The position numbers were made by a program, and so were the translations under genes. This document shows positions 36,008 to 43,556 of a stretch of 43,556 bases of DNA, one piece after another. How positions within the stretch are numbered: the stretch's first letter is position 1; each line of letters begins with the position of its first letter. Origin of the DNA: Octopus bimaculoides (taxonomy: Eukaryota). The DNA lies in NCBI RefSeq assembly GCF_001194135.2, contig NC_068982.1:38785375-38828930 (forward strand). Reading direction: 5' to 3'. Under the pieces are notes generated by a model that did not search any database, was not told the origin of the DNA, and saw nothing but the letters and a program-made list of their open reading frames with translations.

Positions 36008-36790
36008 CAGGGTATTCTGGCTAAATGTGACACTTTTTATAAACGGATAAGAAAATACAATATCCCATCCAAAAAATAAAAGTATTTTTTAAAAATCAAT
36101 AAAATATCAATTAGATTATGGTTGGGAGATAACAGTTTACTCAAATTAGCTGACGCAGCTTCAAGATCGCTCCTGAACCTGGCATCTATTTCTCAGTGTG
36201 TCCCTGAGAAGATCTTTGAACACTTCCTTGATCTTGGCCACCGCCTCTCTCTTGGTGTAGCAGGCAGAAAGGTTGGTGTCTTTCTCAACCGCATCTTACA
36301 CATAGTAATCCACAGGATTATAGTCGGGGGAATTAGGAGGCTAGAAATTGGGGCTGAGAAGTCGTAGAAATTCTCCGACAACCACTCTTGACTTTTTCTG
36401 GAGTTATGGCAAAGAGCCGTATCCTTCTGACACACATATGGCCTTCCCAGCAGCAACCCACTTCAGCTAGGGTTTGACCAGTCTCCAGCAGCTTTACATA
36501 ACAGTCTGAATTGAGTCGAAGACCCTGATCAAATATGTGAGGTGGTATGTCGTCATCCTCACTGAAGACATCACCCAAGCAAAGCCCGTCATAGTTTGAG
36601 GGGACCTTGGTGTTCATGATGGTCTTGTCACGTCTTACGACTTTTACAGAGTTCACAAGACATTGAGCAGCAGTAATGATGTCAGCATTTTAATACTCGG
36701 TGTGAATCATGATACAGGTAACTATTTTCCAATATTCAGATGGCTTTCAATCCTCTATGTCAGCTAACTTTTTCTCATCTACAGCTTTAA
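36008..36790 (-). mobile_element. Internally deleted Tc1/mariner DD37D (maT-like) transposon relic
   Basis: PPHIFDQGLRLNSDCYVKLLE, QKDTALCHNSRKSQEWLSENFYDF and PPNSPDYNPVDYYV. 37 residues separate the 2nd and 3rd Asp after correcting one frameshift. TA-CAGGGTATTCTGG terminus at 36006-36020. Confidence 0.85.
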
Positions 36791-36849
36791 TCATTTTGCT
36801 CTCCAGCACCATTGACTGTTCATCGATACATCAATCTGTTCTTGAGGAA

Positions 36850-37150
36850 AGAAGACAATAAAAGATCGTCAAAATTAGTTCGAACATCCGGTAGAAGAAA
36901 TAAGGGGAAAATGTTCTGTACAACAGAGCAAAACACTTCCTTCACAAAAGTCTATGATAAGCACAATGTGCTACACTATCTAATGCTAGAAGATAACAGT
37001 GCGAAAAAAAATTATTGACTGCGGTGCGAAAACAAAAGAAAAACAAACGCTTAATTGTAGGGAACGAGTAATAAGCAAACTTTTAATGGGCCAACATATA
37101 CAGGAAATATTTGTAGAGAACCATTGCCCAGATGCAAGATGCAAATGTTT
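36850..37150 (+). pseudogene. Penelope-like linker/Cys-motif relic
   Basis: *FEHP (cf. WFNPP), FTKVYDKHNV, LNCRERVISKLLMGQ (cf. CNCRxxxxCPLxGxC). Highly decayed. Confidence 0.4.
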
Positions 37151-37179
37151 CAAAATTGTGGATGATATATACAACTCAT

Positions 37180-37316
37180 TTTTTTTTTTGCTTTTTACTT
37201 GTGTCAGTCATTGGACTGTGGCTGTCCAGGACCACCGTCATGAAAGGTTTTGCTGAACAAATCGAGCCCAGTGCTTTTTTAAAAGCCTGGTACTTATTCT
37301 AGCGGTGTCTTTGTTG

Positions 37317-37349
<33 letters not shown>

Positions 37350-37510
37350 CAGGCTTCTTTCAGCTTCCGCGCACCAAATCCACTCTCAAGGCTTTGGTCG
37401 ACTTGAGTCTATAGAAGAAGACACTTACACAAGGTGCCATATAGAGCGACTGAACTCAAAACCGTGTAGTTGGGAAGCAAACTTCTTACCACACAGCCAC
37501 GCCTGCGCCT
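37180..37510 (-). mobile_element. SINE family B
   Basis: Aligns with 42025-42392. A 3'-half copy in the opposite orientation follows at about 37625-37810, after (TA)n(TG)n. Confidence 0.85.
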
Positions 37511-37513
37511 CTG

Positions 37514-37611
<98 letters not shown>

Positions 37612-37992
37612 TGAGTGTGTATATAGGTACCTATATGTGTTTGTCCCCACTACCATTTGACAACCAGTACTGGTTTGTTTACGCCACCAAAACTTAGCAG
37701 CTCGGCATAAGAAACTGATAGAAGTAAGTACCAGGGACAATTTGTTGGACTAAAGTTTTCAAGACGGCGCCCTATCATGCCACAGTCCAGTAATTGAAAT
37801 AAGTAAAAGATAATCCTTTATGGACATTATGGCAAAGCTGGTGACATGACAGACGAAACCCTAATACTCCAATATTGTCACACTCTTAATGACAGAAATT
37901 AGAATACAGTATTTTCCTTGTCTTACTTTAAATAGGACAGCCTCCAAGTAGAAATTTCTCTTTCCTTTTCACTCCATGTTTTTCCTCTCAAC

Positions 37993-38030
37993 TCTTTCTG
38001 TTAAAGAGCGTAGGGTCGAAACGTCAAAGA
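37993..38030 (+). ncRNA. Degenerate hammerhead motif in a PLE-type terminal repeat (about 37880-38120)
   Basis: UCUUU-CUGUUAA-A-GAGC(GUAG)GGUC-GAAA-CG-UC-AAAGA. Stem I and the GUC site are intact; the core deviates from CUGANGA. Confidence 0.5.
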
Positions 38031-38140
38031 TTTTTCCATTCTTCCCGAGTGTTAAACTAATGCACCTGCTTGTTGTTCCCTCACCTGCCTTCGTCTTTTG
38101 TTTTCTGTAAATTTAAACTATATACATATATATGTGTGCG

Positions 38141-38171
<31 letters not shown>

Positions 38172-38326
38172 NNNNNNNNNNNNNNNNNNNNNNNNNNNNN
38201 NNNNNNNNNNNNNNNNNNNNNNNNNNNNNNNNNNNNNNNNNNNNNNNNNNNNNNNNNNNNNNNNNNNNNNNNNNNNNNNNNNNNNNNNNNNNNNNNNNNN
38301 NNNNNNNNNNNNNNNNNNNNNNNNNN
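38172..38326. other. Assembly gap between (GA)n and (TA)n
   Basis: Run of N. Confidence 1.
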
Positions 38327-38376
<50 letters not shown>

Positions 38377-38499
38377 CATACATACATACATACATACATA
38401 CACCTTCTTGGTTTAAATGTCTTTTTGTGTTAACATTCTTCTACTCGTTATTAAAACTCTATCTCGTGTGTCTTTTTTTCCCACCCGAAACAAATAAAC

Positions 38500-40660
38500 A
38501 CTTCAAAACATGTCCTGGCCTCAAACGACACAGTGCTCATTTCCTCACTGGATCCGCTGTGGCCGTTCTCTATTCCAAGCATCCGGACCTTCCGGCAGAT
38601 ACCAGTGATTCCCAAGTCTCCGACGGTGACGCGGTATTCACCGTGTCCAGTGATGATGTAGCTGCTACTCTGAGATCTTTCTCTAGGAGCAGTAGTGGAG
38701 GAGTAGATGGCCTGCCACCCTCAGAGATTTAATCTCGTCACATTATACAGAAGCAGGAAGACGTTTGCTCCGACCTCTCGCTGCTCTGGCAGTTTTCTTC
38801 GTGCGGAATTCCCCCGCCATGCTTGAGATTTCTTTTCAGCCAGCCTGACTGAGGTAAAGGAGAAGGACAGAGACATCCACCCGATAGCGGTGGGCAACGT
38901 CTTTCGACAATTTGCGGGTACGATAGCATGTAGATCAGCCAAGGATGACTTGAGCGAGACACTAAGTCCTGTCCAGCTGTGTGTTGAAGTTAAGCGTGGA
39001 TGTGGGCCTGCTGCCTATGCAGCCAGACACTACATATTGCATACGCCTCCCTCACCACCTTGCCTCCTGCTGAAACTCGATATGGAAAACGCCTTCTACA
39101 GCGTTAGGTGGGACCACATCTTGGAGATGTGTCTTAAGACGTGCACCATCATTACACCCATTTGCATCTCACCTATGGGACACCTAGCACACTCTTGGCT
39201 ACCGACAACAGGATCGCTTCTACCACAGGTTTCCAGCTCCTTTTGCGTTGGCTGTCGATGATGTTTCCCGATAAGTCTGCTCACCCTTCAATGTCTGGTA
39301 CCTGGATGACGCGACCCTGGGTGGCTCGGCTGAGTCTGTAGACCACCCCAGCCCTGGAGCTCCTTGGGATTGAGATCAACCCCACCCACGTCAGGGCTGA
39401 TAAATGTGAGCTGTGGTGAGGCTGAAAGCCCATCTTGGCGAAGGTTCGGCTGACGCCGTCTGCATTCTTAGTTACCAATTCTCCCGAAAGCCATACGAGA
39501 GTACCTGGAGACCAAGCTTGCTGGCCTGTATAGGACGACAGAAAGATTACGTCTCATTGATGCAAACCCAGCGTTCTTCCTCTTGAAGAATTGCTTTGCT
39601 CAGCCTAAGCTCCTTTTCTCGCTACACAGTGTACCATATAACCCTCTCACGGGTTGCCTCGGTGGAATCGATGCTACCATCCGGCGCTATGCTGAACTCA
39701 TCTGCAATGTTAATTTTGACAGTGCCAGTTGGCAACAAGCGAAGCTACCCGTGAAATTCAGTAGGCTCAGCCTCTGTTCTGCTTTAGATCTGGCGCTGTC
39801 AGTCTATCTTCCCTCACTTTCCTCCAGCTGCACTCTCATCGGCGAGGTACACTGCAGGATGGCTAAACCCATTGTGACCCGTGAAGTGGAGGAAGTGTTG
39901 GACAAAATACAGTTGTCCAACGTAACTGGGACGACATCAAATGCAAATCTACTTTCAGGCAGATTGAGACTTCTTTGGACTAGTATCGCCTCGCTTGCTT
40001 CCGTTTCACTTCGCAGCCAAACAGAGGTGCGTGGTTCAATTCGGTGCCCTCCTTAATGACCAGTACCCTTCTTGATGAGTGCACCCGTATCGAAGTGGCC
40101 CAACAACTTTATTTCCGCGTGTGTGTGTCGCACGAATACCGTTGTTTGGCTGCGAAGTGGAATTCGGCCTGTTTCCGTTACCCTGCAGCTATAGCGCGGG
40201 CAGGTTCAACTCGACACGCTGCTCTGAACGATATCAGTAGCGACCGGCTTCCTGTCACTACTGGAACCGGCAGGTCTTGGCCGCGGGGATGGTTAGCGTC
40301 CGACGGAATAACCCTCTTCCCATACAATGAAGGTAAATCCCTAATCTAGGATACAAAGTGGACCGACGTATTTTCCGTCTCTAACCTTACCACATCGACT
40401 GCAAACCCCGCTATCGCCACCCATAATACAGAGGACAGGAAGATCACCAAATACCGGAGTCTGACCAGCCGCTATTTATTCGTACCGGTTGCCGTCGAGG
40501 ATTCAGGTAATCTTGGATCTCGCACTTCTGATTTCCCCCGCAAAATCGGTATGACAGTGGCCCATCTGAGAAATGAGCCCCGCGAGGATGGAGTAGAAGT
40601 TGTAGTGAGTGTCGTTGGCCATTCTCCGCGGCAACCCCTTTGCAATTACATTATTTGGAC
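38500..40660 (+). pseudogene. CRE-like non-LTR retrotransposon relic (RT plus restriction-like endonuclease)
   Basis: LRSFSRSSSGGVDGL, IHPIAVGNVFR, LLKLDMENAFYSV, WYLDDATLGG, WQQAKLP, RHAALND, SDGITLFPYNEGKSLI*D, RKITKY, FVPVAVE, AILRGN in order, with many frameshifts and stops. Confidence 0.85.
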
Positions 40661-40929
40661 TAGGGTGTATAATCTGTTATTTTTCCCACGTCATCTTTCG
40701 TTGCTTAATTCCCACCTGCCTTGTTTTCTTTATCATTGTTTCTTTGCTGAAGTAATTCTGTTTCTTTTTCCCTATAATTTAAATTTTATTAAAATTTTTT
40801 TCTTCGTTTTTTTTTTTTGTTTTATCAATTTGTTTTTAATAAATTTGTTGTTTACAATGTTTTTTTTTTTAAAGAAGAATTTAATTTAATATTCGAAATA
40901 CACCATTGTAGGTTATAAACATGGAAAAT

Positions 40930-41358
40930 AATATTGGTTTCAAATTTTAGCACAAAGTCAGTGAGGGGTTAAGTCGATTACATCGACCTCAGCGCTCAAC
41001 TGGTGCTTATATCGTCCCTGAAAGGCAAAGTCGACCTCGGCAAAATTTGAACTTTGAATGTAAAGACGGAAGAAATGTCGCTAAGCATTTTGCCTGGGAT
41101 GTTAACGATAGTTCCAGTTCGCCGCCTTGCTGTGTGAGATAATCCTTTCTACTACAGGCACAAGGCCTGAAATTTTGGGGGAGGAGGCGAGTCGATTACA
41201 TCGACCCCAGTGCATAACTGGTATTTATTTCATCGACCCCAGAAAGGATGAAAGGCAAAGTCGACCTCGGCGGAATTTGAACTTAGAATGTAAGGACAGA
41301 CAAAATGCCTCTAACCGTTTTGTCCGGTGTTCTAACGATTCTGCCTGCTCGCCGCTTT
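40930..41358 (-). mobile_element. Two tandem SINE family A copies (40930-41129, 41140-41358)
   Basis: Reverse complements of the 639-870 unit. Confidence 0.9.
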
Positions 41359-41821
41359 AATGTGGGCGATAACAATAAATATATTTATTGTCAAAAAGAA
41401 AAAAAAAAAGTAAAAAGAAAACAAACTATTGCACAGCACTCGCAGATAGTGTTCTTTTCCTCCCACTTGTACATACATAGCTTTGTTTCAATTTAAGTTG
41501 GTAATTTCACAACTTTCTCTCGCCGCCGTTTGCTGTGGACTGTTCGATGCAGGGGTAAGACAAATTTTTCAGTCTATGTTCCGTTTGCATACACTTCTCT
41601 GTATATCAATATTTCTTTTATAATAACTGTGTGCCTTTTTTTTTTGTTCTTCTTCAAATTTCAGCATTTTTATTCCCTCTAAATATTTGAATTGATGTTA
41701 CTTTGTATAATAGGATGTATATGAGATCATACATTTCATGTATTTTAATTTAATGACGTTTGATTTTATTGTTTAATTCCTTTTATAAGTGATTTACTCA
41801 TTTACCCGACACAGTTCTTAA

Positions 41822-42000
41822 CGCTGTTGTTTAAAATTAGCCCCATATCAGCTCTGATTGAGCTGGCATAAAGCCTTATATATCCTGTCTTTTTCTCGGT
41901 ATAGTCTACCCAGTACCACATCTAAGTATGTCCTTTCCCTTTCAAATGGATAGGTTGTGCTTTAAAGAAAACTATTTGGCTGCTATTTCTAGCAGACGTG
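41822..42000 (-). mobile_element. Old SINE family D copy
   Basis: GTTGTTTAAAATTAGCCCC..CTGATTGAGC..TTTGGCTGCTATTTCTAGCAG. Confidence 0.6.
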
Positions 42001-42024
42001 ACTGTTAAGTGTCTATCTGGTCTC

Positions 42025-42392
42025 TTTTACTTGTTTCAGTCATTTGACTGTGGTCATGCTGGAGTACCGCCTTTAGTCGAGCAAATCGACCCCAGGACTT
42101 ATTCTTTCTAAGCCTAGTACTTATTCCATCGGTCTCTTTTGCCGAACCGCTAGGTTACGGGGACGTAAACACACCAGCATCGGTTGTCAAGCGATGTTGG
42201 GGGGACAAACACAGACACACAAACATACATATATACATATATACGATGGGCTTCTTTCAGTTTCTGTCTACTTTGGTCGGCCCGAGGCTATAGTAGAAGA
42301 CACTTGCCCAAGGTGCCACGCAGTGGAACTGAACCCGGAACCATGTGGTTGGTAAGCAAGCTACTTACCACACAGCCACTCTTACGCCTATC
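42025..42392 (-). mobile_element. SINE family B, young full-length copy
   Basis: Minus strand GGCGTAAGAGTGGCTGTGTGGTAAG..CCGGGTTCAGTTCC..GGCACCTTGGGCAAGTGTCTT. CpGs are intact. Confidence 0.92.
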
Positions 42393-42587
42393 TTTATAAT
42401 CGGATGGTGAAGCTTAGTAAATACGCTAAAGACTCGTCGTATTGAGTTACGTAAGTTTCTCTACATCCCGAGTTCAATATAATAGATATTATTTATATAA
42501 GGAGATCGAATCAATCGAAATAATTAGGACTGAGAAAACTTTGATAGGCTGACAAATAGTTTGGTGCACGTCCAAATATATTACACG

Positions 42588-42588
<1 letters not shown>

Positions 42589-42618
<30 letters not shown>

Positions 42619-42640
42619 TGTATGTATGTATGTATGTATG
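42589..42640. repeat. (TATG)n microsatellite
   Basis: Direct reading. Confidence 0.95.
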
Positions 42641-42843
42641 CATGCATGTATATGCTACACATGCACACACAAAGTATATACACTCATGTGTTGTTCTATT
42701 TCTCCTGTTTGTTTACTGTCTTTAATCTCTCTATCCCTCTCTCTCTCTCAGACATATCTTTTAGCTATCATTTCTCTTTCTATTTGTTTCCGTAATTAGA
42801 CTGCAGCCATGCTGGGGCACCGCCTTGAAGCACCTGCCTAGAC

Positions 42844-43071
42844 CAATGGTTCTCAACCGNNNNNNNNNNTTATGTACAATAAATTGGTTATATTTCTACA
42901 ATACACAAACTATTTTAACAAATTTTGAAATACAATTTCTAATAATATTTAAATATTATTTAATATTTAATATTTAAATATTTTTGAAACATTGAAAGCG
43001 TATGAGGATCAATCTGAATAAAATAGGAATCAAACGGGTCCATAGGTAAAGAAATAAGTCGAAAAACATTG
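42844..43071. mobile_element. hAT (Charlie-like) MITE nested in a family B SINE (42790-42835 plus 43072-43235)
   Basis: CAATGGTTCTCAACC ... AGTCGAAAAACATTG ends; flanks GCCTAGAC and GTTTAGCC resemble a decayed 8-bp TSD. Contains a 10-nt gap. Confidence 0.65.
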
Positions 43072-43265
43072 GTTTAGCCGAACAAATTCACCCCAGTATT
43101 TACTTGTTTTCCTAAGCTTGGTACATAATATATCGGTGTCTTTTTTTTTCCGAACTGCTACGTTAGAGAGTGTGCGGGGTGTGGGGCATAGACATACCAG
43201 CATCGGTTATTAAGCGCTAGTAGAGGACAAATACAACCACAAAATCTCTCTCTTACACACACATA

Positions 43266-43379
43266 CGAGGGGTGTATGAAAAGTCTTGAGCCTCAGAAAA
43301 ACAAAACATGATACAAGACTTCTGATGAAGGTACAAGACTTCAAGGCCTTGAAGGCTCAAAACTTTTCATACATCCCTG
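43266..43379. mobile_element. 114-bp mariner-type MITE
   Basis: TA-CGAGGGGTGTATGAAAAGTCTTGAGCCT ... AGGCTCAAAACTTTTCATACATCCCTG-TA. Confidence 0.85.
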
Positions 43380-43556
43380 TATGTGCAGGGCTCGATTCCT
43401 TGTGGAAACTTGCTGGTCTCTTTTTTTTCTGTTTTCTTAAAAGTATTCACCCGATTTTCCAAACTGTCCTCACAGCCATCCTGCGTTCGCGAATTCCTCT
43501 CCTTTCTGTAGAATACCGACACACACACCGCTAATAAGTTTGCTTACAATATATAT

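Overview
This is repeat-dominated, AT-rich eukaryotic genomic DNA with five N-gaps. The SINE, MITE and microsatellite repertoire resembles octopus (cephalopod) DNA; that assignment is from recall of repeat families, not from a search. I could not identify any intact protein-coding gene. The long ORFs in the track are microsatellite or gap artefacts, or decayed retroelements. Recognisable coding relics are a CR1/L2-group LINE (30.6-31.9 kb), a CRE-like RT plus restriction-like endonuclease retrotransposon (38.5-40.7 kb), an internally deleted DD37D Tc1/mariner element (36.0-36.8 kb), RTE fragments and several Penelope-like (PLE) RT/GIY-YIG fragments. Four tRNA-derived SINE families and several MITE classes (mariner, piggyBac, hAT) are present. 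Highlights: (1) a 316-bp foldback element built from inverted telomeric TTAGGG arrays, inserted into a SINE with a target-site duplication; (2) a 460-bp foldback element with a Pol III tRNA-like head between two inverted hammerhead-ribozyme-bearing arms and a 13-bp TSD; (3) three further minimal hammerhead motifs with palindromic stem III; (4) a CpG-depleted domain at about 8.4-21.4 kb in which SINE copies show CpG-specific decay, suggesting a methylated gene body whose exons I could not identify.
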